From NCBI RefSeq assembly GCF_009914755.1, contig NC_060932.1: 64,000 nucleotides of DNA, one strand, 5' to 3'. The first letter of the stretch is position 1. Every line of letters starts with the position of its first letter. The translations under genes were made by a program, and so were the position numbers. Shown one piece after another: positions 41,540-54,410 of this stretch. The notes beneath the pieces were generated by a model that did not search any database, was not told the origin of the DNA, and saw only the letters and a list, made by a program, of their open reading frames with translations. The DNA is from the human T2T-CHM13v2.0 reference genome, Homo sapiens.

Positions 41540-42810
41540 ACCCAAGTCGCCAGCCGAAGAGAGCCCGAGGCAGGTAGCTGCAGTTCCCCTCCAAGACTTC
41601 TCCACACCTGTTTGACCAGGTACAAGATCAGGCGCCGGGGTCATCTGTTCACTAGGCCACGGGGTCAGGACAAGAGTCACCCGCAGCTCTGAGGCCAGAT
41701 GGTAATTCCAATCGCCTCCCCAGTTCAGCAGCGAACCCAGCAAGACGAAGATAATTTTCGAAACATTCAGGCTCGGGAGTAGACGTCGCAATGGAGTGCT
41801 GTCCTCGCGGCTTTGGAGCCACGGGGCATGGCCAAGGTAAATGGAATCTGACAGCTAAACTTAGGCTCAGGCCTCACGTGCAGTGTCTGTGAGTAGAAAG
41901 GGTCACAGGGCCGGATTTCAAATTCAAACACTACAAAAAAAAAAAAAAAAAAAAAAACAGAGCTGGGAGGTGTTAAGGGTGAAGGAAAAGGTGGCTCACT
42001 TTCCCTTATGAGCCTTGCTTTTGTCCTTCACCTGCTTCCCATTCCATGGAGAAGCTGATGACATTGACCCTGACCGTTTCTGGACAGCTGGGTGGGGCGC
42101 ACGGTGCGGGGGGCGGTCCCTGCGCCCGGCCCGTCCTGCAACGCACCATGCCCAGGCCTCTACCTGCACGGGGCCATGGCGCAGGGCACTAGACCTAGGA
42201 CACGAGAGCCTTTTATTCCTCCTCGCTTGCAGCCAATGGGCGGGCTCGCCACGCCGGCTGCCATAGCAACGGGAAGATGGCTCGGCGGGGCCCGAACAGC
42301 CATCACGTGGGCCGAGGCAGCGGGGCAGACGGGAGCGGCGAGAGCGGGGGAGGGGTGGCGCGCTGGAGTTAAATGGTCCCACCAGAGGGAGTAAGGCACA
42401 TTTTGAAGTAAGTGCAAAGCGGGACCATCTATTTTCTTTCTTTTTCCTGCCCTTTAAGCGCTAAATACACATGCACAAACACAAATGGCCTTTCATCTCC
42501 GCTCCTGAGGTGCTCCCGGCTCTCTGGCTTTCGTGGCAAACATGAAAGCTCTGATCTCTGGAAGCGTTAAATGAACATTGCCTCGGTGGCGGAAATGCAA
42601 GCGGGCGTCCCGCGGCCGTGCAGGCGCAGGCCGGGGAGCTCGGGACCACGCGGGCTGCGACACAATCAACGGGAATTTGAAACGCAAACGCACTGCCCCT
42701 GTAGGAAACGGCAAACCCTGCTTCACTCTTGGCGCCACAGAAATAAAAGCGTCCCTGCACCTCCCCCCCGCCCCCGGTAGTTTCTCTGATCCTATCACTC
42801 CGGAGCCACT
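41540..42810. promoter_or_regulatory. CpG-island-like promoter/enhancer
   Basis: dense non-Alu CpGs, peaking at 42090-42370 and 42570-42800; CCAAT 42233-42237 followed by GGGCGGG; RFX X-box GCTGCCATAGCAAC 42257-42270; YY1 AAGATGGC 42274-42281; E-box CACGTG 42304-42309; RUNX AACCACA near 41454. Confidence 0.75.
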
Positions 42811-42991
42811 TTATAGAGGCTGAACCAGGGCCAGGCTTATCCATCTACCTGCCAGAACAACAAAGGCCCTTTTGTTGTCTTTAAAGTAGACCCTACCCTA
42901 GCTGAAATGCTGTGTTTAAAATGTTTCTGCTGCCATCCCTTTCTTTTCCACGGAAATTAACGAATATAAATGTGTGTGTATATATACCCAG

Positions 42992-43040
42992 ACACACACA
43001 CACACACACACACACATAAATACACACACACACACACACC
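42992..43040. repeat. interrupted (CA)n
   Basis: read directly. Confidence 0.9.
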
Positions 43041-45240
43041 CCTATATGTTAGTTGGTAAGATAAGAGATGATATTAACGCAGGCAGGAAAGCAGGCAGTA
43101 GGCGCTGGGGCCTTTTTTCCTCCCTGCTTGCAGCCAATGGACGGGAACTTAATGCTGCTGCTGTTATCAGACCACACGAATGGCGGGTAGGGGGAGAAAA
43201 ACGTATAGGCCCTGTCCTAATCTGATAGGTGAAATTCTCTGAATGTGTTGGAGAATGGGAAAATGCTGCTTACAAGTATTTTGCACTTGGGTTTAATTCA
43301 CCTGACATTCACAGAGTGCCTGCCTTGTGTGAAGTGCTCATGGAATGTTGCCACAGATGCAAAGCAAGGGAAGGTCCCACTCAGCGTGGGGGGGGTGGGG
43401 TGGAGAAGAAACGTGGCAACTCTCATAAGGGTCAGAGGAAACGAGATGCAAGCCAAGCGTGATGCGAACATGGAGGGGGGCCGGCTCTGAGAAGCGTCCT
43501 GGGGGATGGGGAGCTGAAAAAGAAGCATCTGGCATTGCCCAGGCCCCTGTTCTGTGACAGACACTTTACATATACACCATATCATCCTTATAACTGCCTA
43601 AGAAGTAGCCACTATTATCCTGTTTAGCAAATAAGAAAACCTAGGCTTAGACAGGTCAACAACCCAAGGTCATACACAAAGCAAGTACAGAGCCACTGCT
43701 GCCCAAGTCATCGGGGACCTCCCTGTGGTTTTTCTCCGCCCAAAGACTTGCGGAAGAGGCATCTCTGCAAGGAATGCAGCTGTGTGTGTAGGTTCCATTT
43801 CCTGCTCTTCACCTCAGCCATCACCTTCAGGAAATTGTGGGCTTCAAACATTCACTGCAGTTTTCTTAATATATATTATAAACACATAACTGAGATTTAA
43901 AAGATTCATCTGGATACACCGTAAAATCATCTTGCATTCCACAAGGGGTCTGGACATCACATATGGGAGCCACTAAACATTCCCCTGTTGCCACTGAAAG
44001 ATGAGTAGGAGTGTGGCCCGTGGAGAAATGTGAATTCATTCATTCAAACATCACCCTATGTTGGCCAGGATTATTTTGTGTCTATACTTCTACTGTACTT
44101 CTACTAAAATCAAAATGTCTCCTTGATCCTCACAAGAATGCTGTCTTCCACCATCAACCTGGGCAGTAGGTAGAATCTTAGGCTGTTTCTGATGTACTTG
44201 GATGGAACTCAGTGCAAGTGAATAAAAGACTGATACCGGCATCTGCACAGGGGCTCCACCCAGGGACTCATATCCTGCCACTGCAGCAAAGGCCTACAGC
44301 CAGCAGAGGGCAGTCATACAAACCAGATTTTCCATTTGGCCCAAATGCGGATGCACACAGTTTAATATGTAAAGCCCATTATTACAAGCTTTTCCTTTCC
44401 CCACCCCCTATTAATGAACAAATGCCCAAGGGTAATACAGAGATTTCTAAATACAGTGCAAGAAAGGGCAATCTGTACTCATACACAGGGAGTCTAGCAC
44501 ACAGTAATAAGTGGAAATGAAAATAATCACCCACATGCAACTAAACCATTATGCCTAAGATCTAGCTGTCTACGTGGCTGCATACACAGAAATATGGGTG
44601 CCTGCCTCCCAGAAATGGGCACTTTTAAAATATTTATTTCACAGGTTCTTATTTAGAGTTCATAATAACACCCGTAATTTTAACCTCAAAGCTACAGAAA
44701 GGGACTAAGAAGAATTTTATCCCTATTGCTAGGCATACGGTGGGGAGGGGGGATTTTTCTTTTTGACTAAGGTAAGTCAATGAATTATTCAGGGTTTTTC
44801 CATGGGCATTTTAAATCATAACTTCATGCTTTAAACAAAAGCACAGATAAAAAAAATTTTTTAAAGACGAAGAGCTATGTAATCCCCAAACCATAACATA
44901 TCAACTGACATTTACCCATGTCTATTTAGGGTTTTCCAATGCAAATAAATGATGTTTCAGTGTTGGTGAAAACAACAGTCTTTCGGTACTCAGATGGGTT
45001 TTAAACATTGCAGCATAGAGAATACAACAGACCGAGAAGGGATGCTTCTAGCATGCAACTTACCCATTTCCCTGGGAACAAAGAAACAGATAACCATGAC
45101 ATTTTCTCAATTCATGACAGAAAGGAAGATATGCTGATCCTATATTGTAACTATGGTTGGAAATTTGAGGATCTCTAGAAAGGCAGGATGAAGTCACTGT
45201 AGACAGCCTTACCTCTGCAGTCACCCATTAAACCCTGATA

Positions 45241-45551
45241 CAGTCGGCCCTCCGTATCCTTGCATTCTGCGTGCTTGGATTCATCCAACCACAGATCAAA
45301 ATTATTATAAATAAATGAATAAAAACAATACAACAATACAAATTTTAAGAATACAGCATAACTATTTTAATATATTAATAGTATGTGCATTGTATTAGGT
45401 ATAAGTAATCTAGAGATTATTTAAAGTACACAAGAGGATGTGCATAGGTTATATGTAAATGTCATTTTATATAAGGGATTAAGCATCATCAGATTTTGGT
45501 ATCTTCAGAGGGTCCTGGAAGCAATCCCCATTGGATACCGAAGGATGACTG
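45241..45551 (+). mobile_element. Tigger3a/MER7A-like TcMar MITE
   Basis: TIRs CAGTCGGCCCTCCGTATCC / GGATACCGAAGGATGACTG; TA duplication on both sides. Confidence 0.88.
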
Positions 45552-45963
45552 TATTCGTAAAATGCCTGACAGATTAGCATGTATCGCCACACAGCATGGG
45601 TGAAAAGCTTATGGAATTCAGTGTCAAATGACTCTAGCTCTCTACATTTACTATGGGGGTCATGTTGGGAATGTGAATGAACACTTCTGAGCTTCAGTTT
45701 CCTCATAGGCAAGTCAGAGAACAGATCCTGCCCTAGCCTGTGTGTGACTGTGAAGTTTACCCAGCAAAATACAGGAGAAAGCACCGAAAAGCCGTACAAC
45801 ATTCCACTGTTCTTAATTTCCCCATTTTACAAAAGAAGAATGGGCCATAGAGACCTCTCCAAGGTCACGGTCACTACAGGCAGAGCCAGGGCTCCAGCCA
45901 GTTGTTCTCCTCCAAGCCAGTGCTCTGCCCCCGCTCCATGGAGTGCAGCACACAAAACAGGGC

Positions 45964-46357
45964 TCTCTTGTCAGCTCGGGCTGCCATAACAAAGTAACAG
46001 ACTACGTGGCTTCAATAACAGGCTTCTATTTCTTACAGTTCTGGGGGCTGAGAAGTCCAAGATCAAGGTTCTGGCAAGGTAGGTTTATTCCAAGTCCTCT
46101 TCTCAGGGCTTGCAGGCAGTTCTATTTGTGTTCACATGACTTCTGTGTGCAGCAAGAAACACAGCAATAGAGTGCTCAAGAGCCTGCTCCCTGGTGTCTC
46201 TTCGTATAAGGACAGCAGTCCCATCACGGGAGCTCCAGCTCAGGACCTCATCTAACCCTGATCACCTCCCAAAGGCCCCATGTCCAAACACCATCACACT
46301 GGGGGTAGAGGCTTCAACATATGAATTTGGGGGGACACAGATATTCGGTCCATAACA
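45964..46357 (-). mobile_element. MLT1A-like solo LTR
   Basis: gctcgggctgccataacaaa...aagtccaagatcaagg...tgaatttggggggacacagatattcggtccataaca. Confidence 0.88.
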
Positions 46358-46974
46358 AGGGGCAACAAAACGGGCTTCTTTATATGCTGTATCACTTCAG
46401 TTCAGGTCAACAGATATTTGTTGACAATCACTAGGTACCAAGCACAGCACCAGGCACTGGGGACACACAGGTGAATGGAAGCCTCCTATAAGCTTACTTA
46501 ATGTAGAAAATGGGAGACGAGTTCCTAGGAGATTCTCTGCAGAAAAGAGCATTTGTCACATGTGAGCTTCTGTGACTGTATGTGGGACAGTTTATTACCA
46601 CAAACTTCACAAGACTTTGCCTCAGATAGCTTTGTTTAAAGCAACTGTAATGCAAGTCTGGCAATGAATCTGTACATAATTAATATTTGATAAGGTAATT
46701 AATTTACTGAGGAACATGGGACGGGAGAATAAGGAGAAAAAGCCATTTTCAGCCTATAGATGTTGAAAAGAAAACACAAAGGATCTGTATATACCTCTTG
46801 CTGGGGAATTATCTGGTTCAGTTATATTATCATGGTTATAGCATGGCTAAATATTCATTGAGTATATTTAATTTCTCTCATTTGGGTTGGTATAATTAAA
46901 ACTATTTTCTGGATCATAAAACTGAAGGGGCTCAGCTTCAATAATGTATATTGGGTCACTACTGCATGCCAGCT

Positions 46975-47003
<29 letters not shown>
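46975..47003. repeat. (TG)n
   Basis: read directly. Confidence 0.95.
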
Positions 47004-47005
<2 letters not shown>

Positions 47006-47162
47006 CACATTTAATTCTTATAATGAACCTATTGGGAAATTTTGTTATCCACACTTAGATCATTTAAAAATTGGTATCAGAGAAATTAAGTCAGGGCTCA
47101 AAGAGAGTAAGTGACTAAGAGAGTGCTAGACCACTCTTGCCAAACATCCAAATGCTTTTTGA

Positions 47163-47163
<1 letters not shown>

Positions 47164-47197
<34 letters not shown>
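47164..47197. repeat. (CA)17
   Basis: read directly. Confidence 0.95.
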
Positions 47198-47198
<1 letters not shown>

Positions 47199-47578
47199 TT
47201 TTTTCTCTCCCAAATATCCTTCTAGCTCTTAGGATTTATTTTTTTCTACTGTTATTTTTGGTATGCCACTTTATTTCAGAAGTAGTATAGCAGTAAAATT
47301 GGGTCTGTTTTGAAGGTAGAGATGTATGAAAGGGGATAAACTTTTGCAAATTTTCACCTCTCTTCAAAACTAGATAAAGACCCCCGAGAGAGGAAATCAA
47401 ATCCCATCTCGCTGGGAAACCTGAGTGTGTTCTGGGGTTCAGGGCAAGCCAGATGCGCTCCCACCTAGTGAACAACGCCCACCTCTCCTAAGCAGCCCGA
47501 GGAAGAGCCCCCAGTTTCAGTCTCCCATTTTGGGGTGGACACATGACACTGGCAGGTTGGAGACCAGATTATGGGGCC

Positions 47579-48058
47579 TGTGGTCATCTGAAAAATGGTC
47601 TCCCCAAAATGTCCATGTTCCAATCCCCTAAAACCTGTGAATGTTATTTTATATGGCACAGATTTCACAGATGTAACTAAATAAGGGGGGTTGAGATGCG
47701 GGAGTATTCTTGATTGTTTGGGTGGGCCCTAAATGCAACTGTCAGTGTCCTTATTAGAGAGATGCAGGACGAGATCAGATGCCCAGAAGAGGATGAGGCA
47801 GGTGGCCACAGAGGCAGAGACTTGAGTGATGCAGCCACAGGCCATGCATGGTGGCACCCACCAGACGCTGGAAGATCCGGGGAGGGATTCTTCCCTGGAG
47901 CCCCTGGGGGAGCAGAGCCCAGCTAGTACCCTGATTTGGGTCCAGGGAAATTGACTTTGGGCTTCTGCCCTCTGGAACCATGAGAGAATAAATCCCTGTT
48001 GCTTTTAAGCCATCCAGTTTGTGGTAATTTGTTATAGTAGCTATAGGATATTAACACA
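47579..48058 (+). mobile_element. MLT1C/D solo LTR
   Basis: TG...aacctgtgaatgtta...gagagaataaat...cagtttgtggtaatttgttatag...aacaCA; TSD GGGCC/GGGAC. Confidence 0.88.
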
Positions 48059-48544
48059 GGGACAAAAAAGTCAGAGATTTGGCAAAGTAGTGAGAGGAAG
48101 GCAGTTTCATCTATCACCCACTGACTTAATCCTACCAAATAATGTTGTACGATCATAATAGCAACTTCGGTGTCAAGAGAGTTTGCAGGATAGGGTTTAG
48201 GGTCAAGAACAAGATGGTTAATCCTTCCTTTTAATATACAGCATAGCCTCAACCAGGCAGCATGTCCACAGCCTCTGAATTTGGTCTCTCTGTGGCAACA
48301 GTGAGTCCATGAAGGGATCAACTTTGAAATACAAAGAAGTATAAAACCATCCTTTATGAGGTTCACTGCACAACAGTAAGATTTCCTGAGTCCCTGTGGT
48401 TCTCATAGTGAGTCCCCAGTTCTCTGGAAAGTTCTTGAGCCTTATTCAAAGGTTCTGAACTTTAAGAATTATAGGCTACATCTTAGATATACTGTGATAA
48501 TTAGGCTCTCTGATTAGAAGTTACAGATGTCTCATGGGAAGATG

Positions 48545-49147
48545 GTGACATGACTTTGAAGGACCTGGTAGACCATGCGAAGGAGTTCAGATTTCATTCC
48601 ACATACAGTAGAGATGCCGTGGAAGATGCTGACACAGGGAAGGGAAATGACCCGAGGTACACTGAGGAATATCACTCTGCTGCCTGTGCGGGTGGTCATA
48701 ATCATGGAGAGGTAAGAAGTTCAGTTGTCCAGGAACAGATAATGGTGGCTTAAATCATGAGAGTGAACGTGAGAGAAAATGAAAGAAGCGAGCACAGTGG
48801 GGATGTCTTTTGGAGGTAGAATCTGTTAATCTGATTCATTGGAGGGAAAAGGCGAGGGAAAGGCATGAGGCAGGGATGACTTCTGAGGATCTTGCTTAGT
48901 TAGGCAAGTTAAATGATGACCCGATGGGGAAGGGTGTCAATGAGTGGGGAGGGGGGAGGGAGGAGGGAGGAGGAAGCCATGGGACTTGTTTACAGGGGGT
49001 GGCAATAATCAAACTTTCATTTTAGAAAGCATTACGTTGACACACAAGTGGCGATAACAAGTAGACAGTTTGTTATGGGGATCTGGAGTCCAGAGGGTAG
49101 TTCTAGACCCTAAATTTGAGTGTCATTTACACTCAGAGTGTCACTGA

Positions 49148-49178
<31 letters not shown>

Positions 49179-49200
49179 ACCATAGAGATGGTATTCAAAC
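48545..49200 (-). mobile_element. L2 fragment
   Basis: tgaaggacctggtagaccatgcgaaggagttcagatttcattcc; ttttggaggtagaatc. Confidence 0.65.
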
Positions 49201-49245
49201 TATGCTAAAGAAAAGCAGCAATGACTGCATTGGTAGCGCAGGTGA

Positions 49246-49552
<307 letters not shown>

Positions 49553-52099
49553 AAGTAGGTTATTTGGTAGTGACACTGTCTTCTTCCTCCCCGACTCCCC
49601 GCAACAAAACACACACACCAGTCAAACCACAATTTGTCAGGGCTTAACTGAAGAGCTTAGGGAGTCACTAAATATCTGGCTGCAATCTAAGCAGGAAGAA
49701 AATTAAATAATCAAAACTGAACCTTTATTTTTGAAAATGCTAGCTGGAACCCATTTGTACATGCATACTGTTTTTTTACCTTTCACTTTGGGAACTTTTC
49801 TTTAAAATGACCCTGTATTAATTATAAACAAACGCAGAGATGAGAGATAATAAATTGCTAGATAGTTGAAGTTTAAGATAAAATTATGGCAAATATTTAA
49901 AGATTGTAGCTATATACTGATGATAGGGACAGGTGGGTGGATGGATGGAAGGGTGGACAAACACTGAGAGACGGATAGATACAGCCTTTAAAACACTGTT
50001 TTATATTTGAAACACAGTGGGTAATTTAACAATGACTCCAGAAACATTTTATCCTTATTAGAACTTAATATATTGTAAAATATATACAAAGGAAAATGCT
50101 GCTTTTCTTCTCTCTTTTTCGCGAGAGAAATACCCAGAGAAAGCATTGTGCTTTCTTGAAGACTTGAAGAGCTGGCAGAAGGAGCCAGGTCATATGGCCA
50201 GGAGAATGCTCTTTAGATTTGCTGTCTTTCACATTTCAAGAAACATAATTTCTCAGTGGGAAAAGATTTAATTCCTAAATGAGCTGGAGTCACATTCTCA
50301 GGATGGAAGAATTACACGTGAACCACCCTCACTCTACCGGAGGCCACATTCAGTTTAGGATACTGGGAAATGTTTCTCATGATGGGCTCACTTGGGAGAT
50401 AAATTGTCCATATTTGACAATCCAAAAACAATAATACATTAGATGATGTCTTGCAATTAGTGCTATAAGCAAATAATTCCACCAAAGATTTGAGGAAAAT
50501 TTTTTTTTTAATGAGGCTAAGAAAAGATTATCAAGTCTTCTCCTTGAAGGCAAAAACACCCCCCTCCATTTTATGCAAAGTTGTATTAGGGTTAGGGTTG
50601 CTCACCAAAGATATGAAGCCGCTGTCAAATTCTGTAAGCAGAATCCAGCATGTTCAAGGTCAGCAAACCCAGCGTGAAGTTCAAGTTTCACTCCTTAAGA
50701 CTCCATCCTCCTCCTTAAGTCTTTCCTGCCTCTTTTAATCTGATTAGAAATGAGCAAACTTCTTCAGCCAAAACTCTGACAGTCGCTGGTGAGGCTGGTA
50801 TCCACAACCCAGCCAACTTTGCAGAAAACCACAGTTTCAATGGAAAATCACTTTTGGTTTCTGGCTCCTCAGCAGTACTGCACATCTAATTAGCTCAACA
50901 ATTGGTCCCTGTGATAAAATCAGCTAATTTTATGTTCAAATGGCTGCTCTGTGGTAAGCAATACTGTCACTCCAAACTTCACATATAAAGAAGCTGCTGA
51001 AGAAGCTGGGTACTAGGGGGTCACTGGGAGCAGGCTAGTGAAGAACACTATTAAATTAGTAACCTAAGTCAACATTACAGTTAGTGTATAGGGGTCCCAG
51101 CAGCGCTCAAAGAAGACAAATGTCCCGAATGTAGTGATGGGGCCAGAAACACCAAGCCTTCTGAAGAGGAAAGCAGTGTATGTAAAATGAACAGAATGAG
51201 TCATGGGCAGAATTTCCCCACTTTTAGAAATCAAACTAAATGTTTCTGACTACAGTACAGAGTTCTAGACCATAATCGAGGAGTGTTAAGAAATGACCCT
51301 CCCTACCTTAAACACCTCTGTGGTTTCAGGAGCTTGTTCAAGCTTACCCTAGATATAAAACACAGGAAAGCCCAGTCCGGGGGTCACCTCTTCAGCTCCC
51401 TGCTCTCCTTCCCTCAGTGAATAAAGCAGTTGGTTAGATCGGCAATTTTCCCCATTTTGTGAATGTATTAGAAACCACATAACTTTTTAAGGTAAAGGCT
51501 AAAGCACTGATCAACCTCTTTACGGTATCAAAGCTGATAACATCACCTCTCACAGGCATTGCAAATTGCTGATTTTGCAATGTTTGTATTATCAGTTATA
51601 TCAACTGAATAAACAGTCAGAAATTCATTCAAGTTTCAAAACTTAAAAGGGCCTCATAAATACATGAATGCATTTAACTTTATATAAAGACATAGAGAGA
51701 TACACATCTACAGCTAAACAAATATATGTATACAGATAAACACCTAAGATCTATACATGACTTAAAACTGCTTGATTAGCATTTAGTAAGTACTCTGTTG
51801 GTACTGTTGTTGCTGTTCTAACAGTATTACTATTATTATTATATAGCTATATATTATATAGATATACGTATTATACATAATTATGGTATATAACCTATAT
51901 AAAAGTACATATTATATCACCATATGACTGCAGCAGGATGCACTCTGCTAAAATTGAACTGTGTTTTTCTTTCTCACCTCTATCAGAGGTGCCAGAAAGT
52001 CACTCCATCGTGGCAAATCATTCCTGAGCCATTGCAGTCAGCTGCCTTCCCTGGATCGGAGTGAGAAGGACCCTTTGGAGACAGTGGACCCAGAGGACA

Positions 52100-52560
52100 C
52101 TAATGCATCACTTTAGATCCCTGTGGCCCCATCTGCCTCTTGCTAGGCCAGCCACAGTACCCAGTTCTGCAAGGGCCCCCATTCACTTTGTGCAGCTTTT
52201 ATGCACCTGCATTGCCCAATCTTACACTCAACGCCATGTGCCTCTTGTCTCTTGCCTCCTGCCCTGGCACACAGTACCCTGAGCTCACACACGTGCAGCT
52301 CAGAAGTGCAGAATCAACCTATGACTGATGGCATTCAATGGAAACATGCTTCCTCATCTTCTCCCGAATGCCTAGTCATTTCATAAATCTCAAACAACCA
52401 GTTACCAGTGGCAGGGGCTAACTTGTATGGGGTCTTCCTTCTTTTCCTCCCCAGTCTCTCTGCCCCTTATTCCTGCTCCCTGGAACCACACATCTCAGTG
52501 AATCCTCACACACAAGCCTCTGGCTTGGGCTCTGCTTTCTGTGGGACCCAGGCTAAGCTA
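52100..52560 (+). mobile_element. LTR16-like (ERVL) LTR
   Basis: 3' end ccctggaaccac...ggctctgctttctgtgggacccaggctaag resembles the LTR16 terminus. Confidence 0.5.
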
Positions 52561-52622
52561 AGCTAAGATGAAAATCACAGTGGTCACCTAGGCATGGATG
52601 TCCACTTAGCTCTATTGCTCAC

Positions 52623-52655
52623 CAGGATGGGGTACACAAAGAGACACTTTGGTTC
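52623..52655 (-). other. candidate 33-nt microexon
   Basis: acceptor ttttttccttttcag|G and donor CTG|gtgagc. Confidence 0.25.
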
Positions 52656-52904
52656 CTGAAAAGGAAAAAACTTGACCCTCATGCTGTGGTCTCCAGGCAG
52701 GAAAAGGTGAGAGCAGCTCCCGGTGCAGCACTCTGATGGGCAGGAACCCACGTTCCATGGCCGTCCCATGTTCCATGGCCGTCCCGCTCTTGGGATAAGC
52801 CATAGTGAGAGCAGAGGGCCAGGGATCCAGACTGACATGCTCCACCCCTCTACAATGCACATGGGCATGCAAACACACGCACAAGCTCACCCCTTAATGA
52901 ACTG

Positions 52905-53080
52905 CTATGCTCTCTAAATGGTAGCCACCAGCCACATGTGGCCACTTAAATATAAATGTAAATTAATTAAAAGATTCAGTTCCTCAGTCACACTAGCCAC
53001 TGAGGAACTGAGCCAGTGAGCCACTATTTCAAGTGCTCAACAGCCACATGTGGCCAGAGGCCCTCCACTGGACAGTGCAA
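52905..53080 (-). mobile_element. MER3 hAT MITE
   Basis: ggtagccaccagccacatgtggc...attcagttcctcagtc...tttcaagtgctcaacagccacatgtggc...ggacagtgc. Confidence 0.8.
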
Positions 53081-53387
53081 AAGAGACCACAGCATCATGG
53101 CGGAAAGGCGAGTGGTGCTGAAAGGAAGCACTGGTCTAGTCTGAAACTCTGGGTTTCAGTCAATTAGCTGGTACGAAAACACTGAACTTTCAACTCATCT
53201 CCCAGTGGAATCTAGGGTCAGTTTTATTTATGCAAAACCATAAAAGAGATATGACAGCATTTGTCCCCTGAGTTGGTGATTAAGCAGTTTATATGCAGTA
53301 ATGTGAGCAGCAATGGCTATCGGGATACTAAAGGCACAGGAGTCCCAATCTTTATTTAAAAAATAGACCCTACTTTTAAAAGCCAAA

Positions 53388-53427
53388 CAGACACATAGAC
53401 ATGCAGACATGCAGACAGACAGACACA

Positions 53428-53474
<47 letters not shown>
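53388..53474. repeat. compound (CAGA)/(CA)n microsatellite
   Basis: read directly. Confidence 0.93.
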
Positions 53475-53476
<2 letters not shown>

Positions 53477-54111
53477 ATTTAATTCCCATGTGCTTGGGTT
53501 CAGAACACCCAGAAAACATCTGGTCAGCACAACTGCCTACAAGATTAACCTCTACAAAAACTACAAAAATAATGAAAGGATAATTATAGCAGCTCATTAA
53601 TTAATTATATAATACCTAAATTTTACCTCCTATGGATATCATTTATCTAAAATCAACGTGGGTTCCCCTCAAAACTGAGGGTAGAAACTACAATGGCATA
53701 GAAACTGGAAAATTCGGTGATAAGCCTCTTCACCATCACACGGAAGGCACTGGCCTTGAACTGAAAATCTTCATTGCAAACACCAGGATATCATCATATT
53801 TCAGTATTCTGGAGGGCAGTTAATATGCTTCCAGAGTCGCTTGGTATTACTCTTGGTACCCTAGAGAACTACGAATCATTACATAAGGGAGTTTATAGAT
53901 GGCATTATCATATGTGACTTTTAGTAGTAGTTATAAATACTGCCTTTATAATTAAATACAGTGGGATGAAACAATTGAACCACTTTTTAAGTTCTTGGTT
54001 GGGGTTGGTTCCTGTGGTGCCCAGTGTAGTGTCCTGCCTGGCTGGACAGTTCCCCTCCCACCGCTCAAGTGGAGGAATCAGTTCCTCGGGTACTAAGCCC
54101 TCTCTTCTGCA

Positions 54112-54410
54112 TTTTTTTTTTTTTTTTTTTGAGATGGAGTCTCACTCTGTTGCCCAGGCTGGAGTTTAGTAATGCAATCTCAGCTCAGTGCAACCTTTGC
54201 TTCCTGGGTTCAAGCATTTCTCCTGCCTCAGCCTCCTCAGTAGCTCGGATTACAGGTGCGTGTAACCACGCCTGGCTAATTTTTGTATTTTTAGTAGAGA
54301 CCGAGTTTCACCATGTTAGTCAGGCTGGTCTCGAACTCCTGACCTCATGATCCGCCCACTTCAGCCTCCCAAAGTGCTGGGATTAGAGGCGTGAGCCACT
54401 GCGCCCTGCC
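54112..54410 (-). mobile_element. AluS
   Basis: full dimer in reverse; TSD ctcttctgc. Confidence 0.92.

Noticed and set aside
41996-42844. Overlapping Arg/Pro/Gly-rich ORFs
   Set aside because: Expected stop-codon depletion in a GC-rich island; no recognisable protein
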